DNA of 44,317 bases, the filler included, from Catajapyx aquilonaris (lineage: Eukaryota), in the NCBI GenBank assembly GCA_000934665.2. It is 2 parts of 2 records of this genome, joined end to end, with 100 filler letters (N's around TTAATTAATTAA, not from the genome) between each part and the next. Parts side by side here need not be neighbours in the genome. Positions count along the whole stretch, not along the records: positions 1 to 22,105 come from JYFJ02005922.1; 1 more part is not named here. One strand, 5' to 3'. Below, piece after piece: positions 1-14,100 of the stretch. Every line of letters starts with the position of its first letter. Positions within the stretch are counted from its first letter, which is position 1. Under the pieces are notes generated by a model that was given only the letters and a program-made list of their open reading frames with translations, was not told the DNA's origin and made no database searches. The position numbers were made by a program, and so were the translations under genes.

Positions 1-2224
1 AAATTAGCAGCGGAGGTGAGGTTTTCTCAACATTATAGGCCAAGCAGAATTTTAAAAATATAAGAATTTTCCAAATTCAGGAGGGTAAGAAGAGTCACTT
101 TGGTTGTTAGAAAAACAATTCGTCTTTATTTCTCATGTCCACTACAGACATTTCAGTGGTTTGATAGAACAGTACAATCACGCATAACGGTAGGATACAA
201 AATCTTGAGCAATTTCATCAGCTAAAAATAGTTCAATCAGCTATAGCAATCGGCCGTGTAAGATAGTGTAGCACGCATGTTTAAACATGAACAGTCACGA
301 TTCTCCAATTAACTGACAATTTCAATAGCCTCCGTCTATAACACATAATACCTGAATCCCGTGGCTGCATGACCCACAAGATATACAGTGTATATCGGAA
401 TAAGTGCCCTCCTGCAAAGAGCCAGTCACTTGAATCCATCAATACGATCTCTCCCTCGCCCCGGCACGTATTATCATGTAGCATTTGTCACGGACTATTC
501 ACTTGCTCCATGGATTATCTCCGATTATCTCCCCCTAGACCCACCTTCCCCTTCATTCCCTCTCCCCTCCTGCCCACCCGTACTCTACCCTCCTGCAGCT
601 CCTTTTAGCAAATGGAAACTTGGTATCGGGGGAAAATTATGGGCCATGTCTGGCCAGTCATCTTCCGGTGCTCACCCACTCGATCTGCCGCGAATGCCGC
701 ACTTGCCCTGGATTTTATGACGTCGCTATTTCCTCACCGAATGTCTCACTAACTGCTGCACTTCGTACAGAACACATTCTATTCAATTGTGCTCTTCCGA
801 TAACCAACTATGTGCGACAAAATGTTTGGGGCATGCCTAATAATATTCTCCTCCTATTCTGGAATGACCATCCAGGGAACAGCGCAGCGCGGTTCGTAGT
901 CAATAAGTACACATCTGCCTGTGAGTCAATATTGTGCTGTCTATAGGGAGTGTGCTAAATGATATGAATACCTAGCACCGGCAAATGACGCCACTCACGA
1001 TTTCATAACGATGTTCCGCACTGAGACCCGACAACTATCCTCCGATGCAAAGCCCGCCATAAAGCCAGGATCACCATACATCTTGATTGTGCCACTATTA
1101 GAGGCTACTGCACCCACAGGGTCCGCGATGGCATCTCGTGGGCTCCACGGGAGAGGAAAAGGGTGCGACCTCCGGGGCCTCATCTCCGGTTGGGCCCACT
1201 AACCTTATCCATGGCCTCAAGGGGGCCGGGGGGGNCCCCCCCCCCCTCCTGAGATTTACGCGTTTGCATTTGCAGGAATTGCCTTGTGCAACATAAGCCT
1301 GGTGGGCCCAATCTTGGGATCCCTGGCTCGGCCAGAAAGGTGTGCCGCAAAAGCCGGGCCGGCACTTTATCATTCATGGCCACAATCCGCGGCGGCCACA
1401 AATTTCAATTTCGTCGCCCGAATCACCCCTCGCCGAGTGGACCCTATTTGTCGAAAATAAGTGCGGGCACCGCAATCCTCATCAAATATTTTATGTTAAT
1501 CTCGGTAAATGACGTTGCGAAAGGGCCTTCTAACAAAGGCGCAAGTGTCCATAAAGCACGTAATGGCGAGGAATGAAAGTGGCGGCCGGAGAGAAGGAGC
1601 GCCGACAGTGAAATCGTTTGAAACTCGCAGCTTACATTTATTTATTTATATGTGGCCTCCCGCTGCGACTGCGACGACTTTTGCGACACGCAAATCCGCG
1701 AATGTTCCCCAGGGTGCCTCATTTCCATCAGCGGACACCCGCACAACAACAACTGTGTACTGGACAAACTGCTCCTCAGTCCCGGCAGAGCCAGGACATC
1801 TGTGCCCTACCACAATGCCAACTCCATATTCAGGAAGGGTCCAGGCAGGTAGGAATCCAAAATATGGCACCTTGCTTTTGGACAGCTTCGAAGTATCGAT
1901 GGGGAAAACTAATACTTTTAAGTAGCAGTTAACCAGTAGTACGTTAAACGAGACTGTTGATAAACTGCTGCTGCTCTTCTAAACATCCGCATCCAATCAC
2001 ACTTATTTATACAAAAGAACTAGTACTTCTACAGTGTATTCACACACATACCATATTGTCTCAACATAATTATGGCATTCTCAACACAAGAACTACATAA
2101 TCCTCTACAAAAATAACAATCCGCAAACAGTACAGAAACGTGTCAACATGACAACGCCACTCACAGAACCACAATAACCAATACCACAATCAATATCACC
2201 AGTATCACCACAATACGTCAGTGG

Positions 2225-2480
2225 TCATGAATCCCAAAAAATCATCACACTTGACCCTACCCCTCCTGAACTGGGGACTTGGGCATTGCATTGCATTGTA
2301 TGGTATACAGTATACACGGAACGTGACCTGTTCACGGAAGCGAAATGAAGTGAAAATCCAAAATGCCGTATATATGCAACCATCATTTCGTCTTGCTGAG
2401 TGAAGTTGTCCCATCCATTTTGAAAATCAATTGCCAAAATGACGTCGAGCAAAGTGAGTGTAAAATTATGCACAAATTCG
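2225..2480 (-). pseudogene. Possible highly decayed Tc1-like transposase fragment
   Basis: Frame-shifted pieces FARRH..., ...DE and GGVGSSVMIFW loosely resemble Tc1 FA..H..W, SDE and GGGSVMVWG in the expected order. Confidence 0.25.
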
Positions 2481-3414
2481 CATAGGAACAGGCGTGTAAC
2501 GATCTGCCCAACTATTGCACACCAAATAATTGTGTCAGTGTTTTACACATGGAGATGAATTGAACCGCATTGTTTCCATTGACAGCCCCTGCGTTTAGTG
2601 GCATTTTAGACCAATCATGAGCAATTATTGGCTTTGGTAACCTGGTGAGAGAACAAACGTGGGGACATTATTTTTCATTGGCATTTGCTGCCTACGTGAT
2701 TTAGCTGCGTCTGACATCACAGCCCGATCTTTCACGCCCTATATCAGTGCTCCGAAATAAAACGCGGACAACACAACAATATAAAAAACACACGAGCAAT
2801 ATTATTCCCAATAAAATGTCCACCATGTTATCAAATCAGATAGAGAGGAAAATGGCCAACTGTACTGTAAAACAGTGCAACAGTTCAAATGCAGCACCGG
2901 TATAGCATGTAAAACATCCGAAATTAGGCCGGCAGTAATATGATGAGAGGCTTCGGAAGTAGAGAAACTAATGCACTATATTATTATTGAGTTCAAGCCA
3001 AAAAACAACAACAAAAATACAAAAAAAACAGCGTTGACGTATACAGTACCACTACCCTATTCCATTGGCGCATTCTAACAACAAAGTCAGCAACGCCCTT
3101 GTGAACCCATATTTTTTGACCTAGAATAACTTGTGCATTTACACGCTTCCTCCGCTATTTCAAAGGCATTCATGGAGACATTTACCGATTCATTACTCCA
3201 AGAATATTGTCAACACTTGTGGAGCACATGAGAAAAGCGTCATATGCTCGTATGTATGAAACAAAACAAAACAATCTCACCGAGTTATGTACCGTACTGG
3301 ATGCAATATCCGACCTAAAGGGTGATGATACGCAAGTGTCAGCATGCAAACAGGGAACTTCAATAACATTAATTGAAGGAAGAAAGCTATTCGCTTGATC
3401 ACATTTTATTAATA

Positions 3415-4325
3415 CAGTAGAACCTCATTTATCAGACCGTTCCGCTCCAGCAATAAGTGAGGTATGTTTTCTCATCAAATACTGTAACGCAGGCCTATAC
3501 TAATCATTTGTTTTGTATTGCCTTAAGGCCTGTTTCCACCGGCATATAATTTTTCTTCTGGACAAAATTTATGCCAGAATAATTTTGTTTCCCTGGCAAT
3601 ATTTGTGCAACACAAAATAATAAACACTTGTTCCAACCGGGACAATTTCTGTTCTTTTCACAAATAGAAACTAAACTGAGCGCTCAGAAGGAAGCACCCA
3701 AAGTTCCGAATGTATTTTATTTAAACTGAACCCCCGTCCGAAAATCGTTTAGCTTAATTTAACCATAAATTGCGCTTGAATTATCGCAAAATAATTCCGA
3801 TAAGTCCACCACGGTTCGCCATCTTGTATTTCCATTTTGTGCAGGGCACAATTATTTTGTGAAAAGTTCAAAATTTTGTACGATGGAATAATTCCAAACT
3901 GTTTGATTTTGTGCTCCATTTTTGTGCTTTTCATTTTGAGCTCAAAAATTCTGCTATTAATTTTTAAGCACAAAATGAAAAGAACAAAAATAGAGCACAG
4001 AATCAAACAAACTTTATTATTACTACTCTATTACTTTATTATTAATCGCCTAGCGACAAAAAATTGTTATGTCTTGAATTTTGTCCAGAATAAAAATTAT
4101 GCCTGTGGAAACAGGCCTTTAGTTACGTTTTAAACAGCAGTGTGTAGGATTAGTAAAAGATAAATACAGTACTTCACTATTTCTTAGAAAAGTGTCATAT
4201 TGTACATTATTTTCACGATTTTTTATGATTTTTGTTGTTTTCCTTTGCTCCTCGGATTATCCGACCTTTCCTGTTATCCGACAATGTCCCAGTCCCATAG
4301 GTGACGGATAATCGGGGTTCTACTG
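3415..4325. mobile_element. pogo/Tigger-like non-autonomous DNA transposon (Tc1/mariner superfamily), interrupted by a nested MITE
   Basis: Imperfect TIRs CAGTAGAACC(T/C)C..TTATC.G at both ends; TA on both flanks (3413-3414, 4326-4327). Confidence 0.7.
3526..4118. mobile_element. PIF/Harbinger-type MITE
   Basis: TIRs AGGCCTGTTTCCAC.GGCAT...TTCTGGACAAAATT (about 40 bp or more); TTA duplication at 3523-3525 and 4119-4121; internal hairpin at about 3900-4008. Confidence 0.85.
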
Positions 4326-7300
4326 TAACTACTAATGAAGAAGATTCTCATTACTGGAATATGACGCATTTGTGGTCAACGCTGTCGTTACTATTTTTAC
4401 CAAAATAATCATCGGCGTAGCTATGCCTCACCTGATTGGCAATTACGAGCACAGGATTAGGAGGCAACCAACAAATGGAGTGTAACAAAGGTTTGGCCAC
4501 GTGCGAAAATCAGTGCAATGGGGGAGACTTGGAACCCTTGTGGCGGAGACATCAAATCCGGAGTCAGGAAGGCAAGATCATGATGGTAGAGGGTGGAGGG
4601 GGGCTTGACTCCAGAAATGCAATCTCTTCGCTCAAGAGTCTGATATCAAGGAGGGTGGGGGTGGGCAGAGTGGTTGAGGCGGGGAGGGATGCCAGGCTCT
4701 TATCTGGCGCTTTCGCATTCGGCATCCTAAAGCGGTGCCCCATTCCGGAGTGAACCTGTGCTACTGCGCCACCTTAATACCTGATAAGAGTTCGAGCAAC
4801 AGGCGGCAGCAAGGGGGGGGGGGGGGGNGGGAGCAAAAAATGGTACTCATTCCAATCCCGGCACGTTCCTCTAATCTCGCATTCCAATTCGCCCGATAGA
4901 AATTAATCGAACCAGAACGCTCATATGTCCATCTCATACAACTCTTTGAGAAAATGTGTTATGAAGGGGCAAGACATGAAATAATACATCATTATCTCGT
5001 CGTATTACCACTACTATTACGCTAGCAGTACGACGCGATTAATGCCTCTTCCTGCAGTCTACTACGTGCTTTCTGCACTTCCAAAGCATAGCAAAGTGGG
5101 AGCTGTACACTCCCGCCGCGTATAGGGAGCTAGTTGACACTCATAACAGGTTTTCCACATTCGCACTACAGCTTACTTCAACCTTGGCCATGACCCTGGC
5201 TACACCATATGACATTTATACAACCACAGTGTGCTAAAAGTTTTTATTATCACAGAAAGATGTCTGCTAGTTTCTGATATCGGCGGAAAGAGGACCTATA
5301 AAACATTGATGTGATCGGATGTGTGATTAAGACTTTCATTTTCGACCAGTAGCAATCATTCGCATGAACATTATTGTCAGTTTGGGTTACCATATGCGTA
5401 TTCTAATCAAACTGCCGTAAAGGCAGCCTACTGTACAAACATTATTTGTATTATCTGATATGTACTATATGTATTAAGATTATATAATATAACCTCGTAG
5501 TAACATCTAGTCACCTAACATAACCCTAATTAGCCAAACCCAGCCTATAGGTGTAACCACATGTTTTGTGCAGAGAGATCATTTTGACAGACATCATGGT
5601 CAGGATTGACGTACACTTGGAGCCCGATGGGTTTCCTCTTCATTTCTCCCCCAACCCCCACGTGTAGTTCGTCTCTATCGTACTGCCATGCAACAATATA
5701 AATTATGTAGCCTACTATTAAGTAGACTAGTAGAGGGAAACATTTTAGATCACCAAAAGAGCTTTAGTCATAGTGTCCCATACTAAATGTTGTATAAGTA
5801 GTTAATCTCACATACACATAATTATAGACTATGTAAGGGAAAGTTGATTAGTTTCTTTGTCCATGGAAATGGGGTTAACATGGCAACTATGGCATTCAAC
5901 ACTATCAACGGTGCCATGATGTCAACAATAATTGATTGTTGTTGAATACCATGGAAACAGGCAATGCTAAAATCGGGCTCCCTAGTCCCTACTAAGTTAA
6001 TATTAAGTCTAATCTGACTGGAAGTAATTTTTGTAGAATAGCTCACAGTACTCGATTAGGTTAGTGTTGTCTAGCCGGAAATATCTGAACAGACCCTTTA
6101 AACTTGAACTTGCCTAGTTTCCCTTTCACAGAACTTGTTTTCCGGTTTTGTCTAACTCTCTATTAGCCAGCAGTTTGCCTCTGTGCATCCAGTCGCTCAG
6201 AACTAGTAGTGTAATTGACTTGCCCTCTCCATACTTAATGTTACTCAGATCCCACACTAGCCTAGAGCTAGTAGTAGTAGAGCTAGGGACTAGGCCATCA
6301 ATCACTATCCACTTGGCTGGGGCTTGTAATTACAGCCCCAGGGGAGCCGCTCGTTCGCCGACTGAAACTGCTATCACAATGCAAGTGAGCACGCCCACTG
6401 TTTTCCTTAGCTCCCCCTCACCCACCAGCCGAGAAGCTATCCCATAGACTGATCTATCTACTTCTATCCCTCCCAGCCCTCGGAGAAGACTACACACGCT
6501 GACGGATTCCGCCACATTTATTGCCTTTCCTCAACTTCCGCACGGATACTCGCTTCTATCGGAAACAATCGCCCCCTTGCTTTTACGCCCACTTATCTGC
6601 TCTAATTTCACTTCAGCTGCCACACAACACTGGGTGGGGTCACTGCAACTGGTGACGTCACAAACTTCAATAGTCGTGCATACGAAAATGCTACCAACTC
6701 GGCACACACTAAGTATTCAACAGGAAGGGAGAGGGTTTAATTGGAAGGATCATCTTATAGCCTTATAATTACCTTTATGGTTATTATACCTCCATAGATT
6801 GCTATGGCACGAAACTTACATAACTGTTGCCTAACCATTGTACTGCTCTGGTCATACTGCTTTACCAACATAAAGTCAGACAAATTGCGCTGCGTTGAGC
6901 TATTATAATCAAAACTGACCACATATTTGGAATTAGTAACCTCTTTTCTTAATTTGGAAAAAAAATCCCAATGATGTAACAGTTCTTGTAAGAAGATATG
7001 TGGCCAAAGTGGGCGTCGCGATACTTCGCGCCCAAGTCGGCCGCGGTCAAATACTTTGAGAAACACTGCTCTATATGGAAAAAAGTATTGGTATACACAA
7101 AACAAAAATGGCACGCAACTCGGTAGATCTTAAAAATGACACTCGCACGTAAACTTTCCACTGGAATACGCCTTATGATTCACGTACCTGTGCGGACGTG
7201 CTTCCATTTTTTTGCTCATAATACGCGGAAGGTGAGAGACAGGGAAAGATCATTGCGTACAAGGGTGACTCGTAATTATCTCTTTCGAGTAAATACCCAT

Positions 7301-8793
7301 TACATGAAGGGCCACTATATGACCATCCATGAGGTCAGAAAAAAATATGTGCGACGCACATGTACGAAGTTTATAATATTGAAAATTCCCCTAATATTTA
7401 TGTAACACATAATCCTCAAGCGACCCCACGTCAGATCCTTTACGTGCCCCCCTCGACATATTTGCGCTTTAGGCTACATGCTCACCCACACAACGTCATG
7501 AATGAGGTTGAATTGCTAAAAACTATTGTAGGTTAGTTTCTCCGACGCATGTTAACTTAGCTGCATTGCAAATTGACGGTCATTTACAAATTTATAAGAG
7601 TCTATAAAAGTTTAATAAATAGCCACGAAGAGGTACCATTCCATCTCTGCCGCCTCGTTACCGAAATAATGGCCTGAAAATACGAGGTATGGCAGGTATG
7701 TGTCCATCCAAGTAACGTTGCCTTTTTAATTTTAATTTTCGGCGGTAGAGTGAAATTTTTATTTAAATTGCAATCTCATTAGATGTAGCAGGCAGTGGCA
7801 TAGTCGATGGAAGTGTAACAGGATGCGTCATATGTATTGGAGATGGTATAATGCACTCTTTGATCAAGGCCGTGTCCGTACGCGACATTTTTGTCGATAC
7901 AAATGCAAGTCTAATTATTAAACAAAGCCGTATAATTGGCGTTCTTCTTCGTCCTCGGCCTACTGGATAATGACCACGACGTCCTTCAGCGAAACAACAT
8001 ACACTATTTTTCCGCGCGGCGTCATTTAACGTATTACGTCCTTTAACAGCCTTGTCATGAGCTCGCGTACCAGTTAACATTGCAATAATAAATATATGAC
8101 GTAAATCCTTCGAGGTGTTTCCCGAACGGCTTGCGTCAGTAGCATTTCAATTACGGATTCCTGTCAAACCTGTCCCTTGCTGATATGGGCAGTGTCCCAA
8201 TCTTTAGATAGCTTATACAGAAAATTGTTACAAAGGACATGGTGGGGACCTTATGGGAAAAGTTGAGCCAGATGGATTTGGATGAAACTTGGCCAGTTGA
8301 TATACCTTGACCTTAAGGTCAATAAATTGTTCTGAAGGACGAAGAAAATCTACCGTGCCGTTTGGCCGCTAGACGCACTCAAAGTCTTTCAAGTGGTTCA
8401 TATCGGGCTCATTTTTACATGTGTTGTCGAGTTTCATGAGTAGAGACGAATGAGCCATATGGCGATTTTCTGTGACAAACAATTTGGCAGTTATTGTTAT
8501 GTCGCACTTATAATCCCACTATGTAAGGTCCGATGTTGAACTCGATTGCGCATCTAGCGGCCAAATTGTTTGTTACAGAAAATCACCACGTGTAAATGCG
8601 TTTCCTCGAGACAGCCACCCAATTTCTTTCGAGAAGAAGCAAGGACTTATGAAGACTCCCCATACCGCCACACAAAATTTTGAACAGCCTGGATTTCAGA
8701 GGCCATGAATTTATGTCTATTATAATAATTTACACAGCCTCGTACAGAACTTTTTAAAGAGAGGAAGGCATTTTTTAACGGCTAAGGCTCGTA

Positions 8794-9710
8794 CAGAGTG
8801 TTCCACTACTTACTTTACCCGGCATTTCTTTAATAACTTTAACAGAAATGAAAATATCCCAACGAAATTTAAACTGAACTAACCTTATTATGTGAGAAAT
8901 GAAATGGCCTCACATGTGCTGGAAATGGCGACCATTTGTGTCCAAATAGGCCTGAACATGATGCTCCGTATCTTGGAAGGACCTGGCCAGCATGTCCTGA
9001 GGCACTTCCTGAGTTTCTTGGATGATGTTTTCTTTCAAGGTTTCGATGTTGTAGGGATGTCCTTGGGACCATACTATTCAAATTCAGAGATGGCGCCACG
9101 CCCGTTTTCGCCCCGGAGGCCCGTAATTGCGGGTTGCCTACCCTTCAGCGAGTGAAAAGTCTTTTTCAAGTCGCTGTAGCTCCAAAAATGCGTGTAAAAG
9201 GTACTTATACATTTTTGTAGAATACATGTTTCTCTACAACCTTTGTTTGGCACATATCCTCCTGAGAAGCATAGTTCACTCAGAAAAATACTTCTCACTC
9301 GATTAAAGGTAGCCAACCAGCCTCCGGGTCGAAAACAGGGGTGGAGCCATATCTGGATGTGAACGAGTATGGTCCCAAAGACATTTGTACCAAATTTCGC
9401 CTCTCCAAACCATGTTACGGTAATAAAAATAATAATTTTTCTTAGCGGCGCGGCGGCGCGCCAACATTTTTCGTAGCAGCCGCCATATTGGATTCTTTTT
9501 TTCCCCCACGGTGCAGGCTTTTCCCAACAGATGGCGAAGTACACTTATAAGTTACTAGAGGTTGTATCCCAGAAGATACACCATCCATTTTCGCGCACTT
9601 TCTCTCTGGCGGGCCCGTTTAAAATGTTTGAAAACAATGTATCTCCAGAGATACATTGCCAATTAAAGGGTTAAAGAAATGTCGGGTAAAGTAAGTAGTG
9701 GGACACCCTG
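8794..9710 (-). mobile_element. Internally deleted Tc1/mariner element
   Basis: About 40-bp TIRs CAG(A/G)GTGT(T/C)CCACTACTTACTTTACCCG.CATTTCTTTAA; TA flanks; retains the transposase C-terminus. Confidence 0.85.
8910..9074 (-). pseudogene. Tc1/mariner transposase C-terminal fragment
   Basis: Reads VWSQGHPYNIETLKENIIQETQEVPQDMLARSFQDTEHHVQAYLDTNGRHFQHM*, matching the ...LK..I......P.DML.R.......NG.HF.H C-terminus, positioned next to the TIR. Confidence 0.8.
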
Positions 9711-9810
9711 TATGTGGAAGACAGTTACTCTGTTTCACGCCTTCGATTTTAACAAAAAATTCTAGTGAGAGCTCTGGCAGTCTGGCCAGTCATTGTCTTC
9801 GGGCCAACTG

Positions 9811-9937
9811 TGCATACATTGGGTGGAATTTTCGTCCACTACTAGTTACTGCTAACTTAGCAACACCAGTGTTGGGGATGGTTACTACTAGTTAGCAGTA
9901 ACTAGCAGTGGGACGAAAATTCCACACAATGTATGCA
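9811..9937. mobile_element. Palindromic mini-MITE, family GTGGAATTTTCGTC, copy 1
   Basis: Nearly the whole element folds back; homologous copies at 22628 and 39682. Confidence 0.75.
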
Positions 9938-10230
9938 GTTATTCCATGGACTTACTTTTGCGGTGAAAAGTTAGTTCCATAAATGACAAATTTAGGCGGC
10001 GTTGTATTCAATGTCAAATGGACAAACAGTGAACGATTTTTTGTTTGAAATATTGTCCGGTTATTCTCAATGCTTCCGCGGAGACCTTTGCGGAGCCCCA
10101 AGGGCTCCGTGGAGCACAGTTTGGGAACGGCTGCATAGGCTATTATTTTATTAGTACTTGTAGTACATAATTCGCTGGGGGTTTCAGATTACACCAAACT
10201 GGTTCATAATAGTATTTATAGAATGGGTCT

Positions 10231-10598
10231 GGGGGGAGGTACAGTACGGTGGCCGAGATGGTAACGTCTCGGCTTGCTGAGTGAAAGGTCCCAGGTTCGA
10301 TCCCCGCCTGGTAGTTCACCTTTACCTGCGTCAGGAGGGTCTCTGACCCGCACCTTGGAGGTGTCTGGCAACCTAACCTCCTGGGGGACTGCACATGGCC
10401 CTAATTTTAATACATCGCACCTGCAATTGTGACCCCTCCCCAGAAATCCTTATCCCCACCTAATTCCCTTTCTTCCCTGCACCGGAGATTAAAGATAATA
10501 ATACGAAACAGTATGTAAATATGGTGGTGTCCCACCCCCTAAGAGAGTCGATGGCTCTATAGCACGGGGTAGAAAAATAAACATAAAATAAAATAAAT
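10231..10598 (+). mobile_element. tRNA-derived SINE (boundaries approximate)
   Basis: Pol III A box TGGCCGAGATGG at about 10250, B box GGTTCGATCCC at about 10294, and an A-rich (TAAAA)n tail at about 10572-10598. Confidence 0.7.
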
Positions 10599-10895
10599 AT
10601 AGAATGAGTCTGATATTCAATCGCCTATACAGTGTACTGTATAACATGTCCATAGAAAAACACGTTCGCATAATCACGACGTCCTTGCCTGAACAACATT
10701 CGACTCTTAAATGTGGCACAAAAAAAAAAGAAGCGAATAGGAGGTTGGGCGACGGGACGGGGGATGGCGCAGTGAGGGATGAGAAAAGGGGCGGGGGACA
10801 AATCCAGATAAACAATTAAATATCCCTAAGCAACCAAAGCTAGTGAGAGTGACATAGACTTCCTTCAACGACAGCATCCCACGAGACCAGTCCTT

Positions 10896-10901
10896 TATAA
10901 A
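10896..10901 (+). promoter_or_regulatory. Candidate TATA box of the CD36-family gene
   Basis: TATAAA 87 bp upstream of the ATG. Confidence 0.5.
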
Positions 10902-10982
10902 GCCTTACCCTGAAACCCAACTTCAATAGTGTTATTGCAGTAGCCTTCAGAGTGCACCTAGCATCAATCCTCGTAGACAACA

Positions 10983-11105
10983 ATGATTTCCAAAAAGGCA
11001 AACAGATCCTTCAGGATTGCTACAATAGGAGGATTAGCCATGATCTTGGCAATTTTTTTCAAACATTACCTCTTCCAAGCTGTGGTGTATCTTTATTTTC
11101 AAAAC
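10983..11105 (+). CDS. CD36-family exon 1 (MISKKANRSFRIATIGGLAMILAIFFKHYLFQAVVYLYFQN), N-terminal TM
   Basis: ATG downstream of a TATA box; basic then hydrophobic stretch; strong GTGAGT donor at 11106; phase 0 matches exon 2. Confidence 0.85.
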
Positions 11106-14100
11106 GTGAGTAATATTTTAAAATTTAAGTACGCTATTTGACGACAGTGTTTTCTTTGATGCTATATGTTAACAAGTGCAATTAGTCTTCAGTTCTAAAA
11201 ATGGTACTTTGTGAGCGTACCGGCCTATATTATGTTATAATTTTACAGTCAAGCTGTCCTTCACTTTCTTACCCACAGGCGCGCTTGGTACAGTATTACC
11301 CCCGTTTATCATCCATGAATGACTTTACGTCAGTTACGATCGGGCTTCGTATCAGAACGGCTATCAAGATTAGTATAGGGCATCGGTCTTCAACCTTTTT
11401 CGTGTCGAGGAACCCTGTTGCTCTACACAAACTTTGCCGGAACCATGCACAATATTGCCTAATGACGTAGTTGTGTGTTTCTGTCTAGACTCTCGAGTCT
11501 AGGGAATATCTGACCAAGAAAGAACTCCCAATCCTGATATTAGACTGTTTAGCCTAGGCATTACCCCTAATACTGTAGATTCGCAGAACCCCTTCGCAGC
11601 TAGGCCTATAAAACTCCGAGAAACACCGGTTGAAGATAAAGGACAGGTGCTAATTTTTTGAAGCACAGTTTTTGCTTAATATGGATAAAACTATTAATTC
11701 AACGTGGATGTTGCAAACAAGTCATTATTTGCCACCTTTTCCTGTAGTCTACTGCTGACCGGCTTTCGGAAACTCTCAGTGTCGGTTGCCATCATTATTA
11801 CCGACTTTTCGCATTATTGTAATAATCTCCAGTCTTTCCCAAAACTATAAAATTAAACCGACGCGTCAGCTTCTTTTGCTTTCTTCGCATAATTTTCATC
11901 AACAAAATATGTAAATAGCATATTTTCCTAGAAAATTTCCTTCTGCATAACTGCAATATATTGTACACACTCTGTACATTACTGTTCTCCTATCAATCTA
12001 AAATTCTGGGTGTTTTTTTTTCGTTTCGGCGAGCAAAGAATCCCTAGTACGCAGTCTCCCCAAAAATCCCCTCCTCCACGACTGCATGTGCACATAACTT
12101 TGACACTTCTCTTTCGAATTATTAAAGTCATCATCTCCAGGTTCTTGCAGAACGAAACGACCAATGTTCGACTCGCTTCGCTCGCATAACTTTCAGTCAT
12201 TCGAGTGTAATTCGCTCTAATCTCGCGGTGTTTCCATTCAAAATTTACATATCTTCCTTCATCCTAACCTATTCTGTTGCCGGTGGTGGCTTGGTCAACA
12301 AACTACAGGCATCGCTGTTTGGTGAATGAAACCGTATCGAAGAAGATTATGTACAAAAATTTTGGGAACCACTGCTCTTGTATAACTCGTTATGTGTCAA
12401 ATTACCTAGATCTGAGCGCAGGCACTTGTTATTGGCCTGTAACCTTGTAGAGAGCTTCTCCACAGCGTATAGTGTATACAGGAGTGTGCGTCACAGCTTT
12501 GGACTTCCCATATACCGTATCTAGACTATTCGCGGTAGAGCAGAGTCAACATCAGGTTTCTGGTAGATTCGTTGGAGTCTTGCAACACGAATATATCCAT
12601 GAATTTGGCCGTGAACCTCTCCTCCACAAGTACATTATAATATATGCATTTTGCGTTGCACGTCAACTCTTTTCGTCATTACTGCCATCATTACAACCGG
12701 ACAAGCAAGCACCCCACGGTACATTATATCGTGGGCATCCACTAAGTCCTAAAAACCAGTTTCGAGATAATACAAAGCAACGATTTGACCTTTGCACTTG
12801 TTTACATGACCGTGAAGACAAACTCCCGGCTCCCTGGCTCAGTGTGAATCATTAGGACTAAATTCACCTCAGCAGGAGATAGAGCAGAAAAAAACTATGT
12901 ATATTTACTGGTATAAATAACTCAAACCCGCCAAAATTGGACTTGGTGGATTTCTGCTAAATGCCACGACATAAATATACATTTTGAGCAAACCTAATTT
13001 CAAAATATTACTACTTAGCCTGCCACTCAGGCAATTATGTCATGATAATTTCAGCGTGCACTTTCTACGTACAATTCCCCGAAATAAACGCCTTTAGAGC
13101 TTTAAAATCTCTCAAAATTTATTTTTGACATCATTAAAAAATTGCAAATTTAATATTAATCCTTCCGTTTGTCATGTCAGGTTTTAATTACAATGTTTGA
13201 GTAACTCCGATAATTCAACCTGTTCATATTACTCATTCTTATTCAGTAAGTGAAAAATAAATCACTAGCATGCTACTAACAAACTATGTGGGCTTAATTC
13301 AAAACCACAAATTTTCAAACTTATTTTTCTCCTGCTTTCTAGAGAATAAGATTGATTGCTAGTAATTATCAGATGTTTCTGCTTACAGAAACTGTACCTC
13401 TACCCCGGATCCGAAGTATGGGAAATTTGGAAAGAACCACCTATTCCTATTGAAACGACTTTCCACTTTTTCAACGTCACAAACCCAGATGAAATACGTG
13501 ATTTTGGTGCCAAACCCATCCTTGAAGAAGTTGGACCTTACACATACTCGTAAGACAACTTAGCACTTTTTCTAGCTGTGGGCTTATAAAATACCGGTTA
13601 TGCATCTTAATGCATCGAGTAACACTGTACATATTAACTAAGCATTACAAGGTTACAATTGAAAATACTGGTATATTTTTAAAATTTCCTTCACCTGTCA
13701 GTTTATATTAAGAATTTTTGGTGGGTCAACAATATCTCTGATGTATTTTGCAGCAGTCAAATCTTTTCAATGTAACCTTCGCAGTGGGGGAAAATACCAC
13801 ACATCCCAACCTTCAGTTTGATCCATAAAGACGGAAATCTCCCCTGCGCCCTTGAAATATTGTGGTTTTACACGCAAGATGACTTAACAAATCCATCCCA
13901 ACTTTTACGCACTGTAGCAATTACCGGATTGCCATGTCATCTTTCCTACACTTGAATGTAAAAACTTGACCTTCTTGTTATCTATAAAATGTGATTTCAG
14001 TATTGGTGTCAGTGGTTACGTAATTATTTACGTCATAAAACATGCGTTATTCAGAAATTTGCAGGGATTCACTGATTCGCCCATTACTCTTCCAATCATA

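Noticed and set aside
3180..3398. Mariner-like C-terminal words (YETKQNNLTEL); similarly EFGREP at about 12600
   Set aside because: Single short resemblances with no TIR or further motifs.
6060..6620. Possible LINE ORF1 relic on the minus strand
   Set aside because: Only a vague EVEER resemblance; many stops.
10247..10312. tRNA gene
   Set aside because: A and B boxes are present, but there is no clean acceptor stem and it continues into a body with an A-rich tail, so it was called a SINE.
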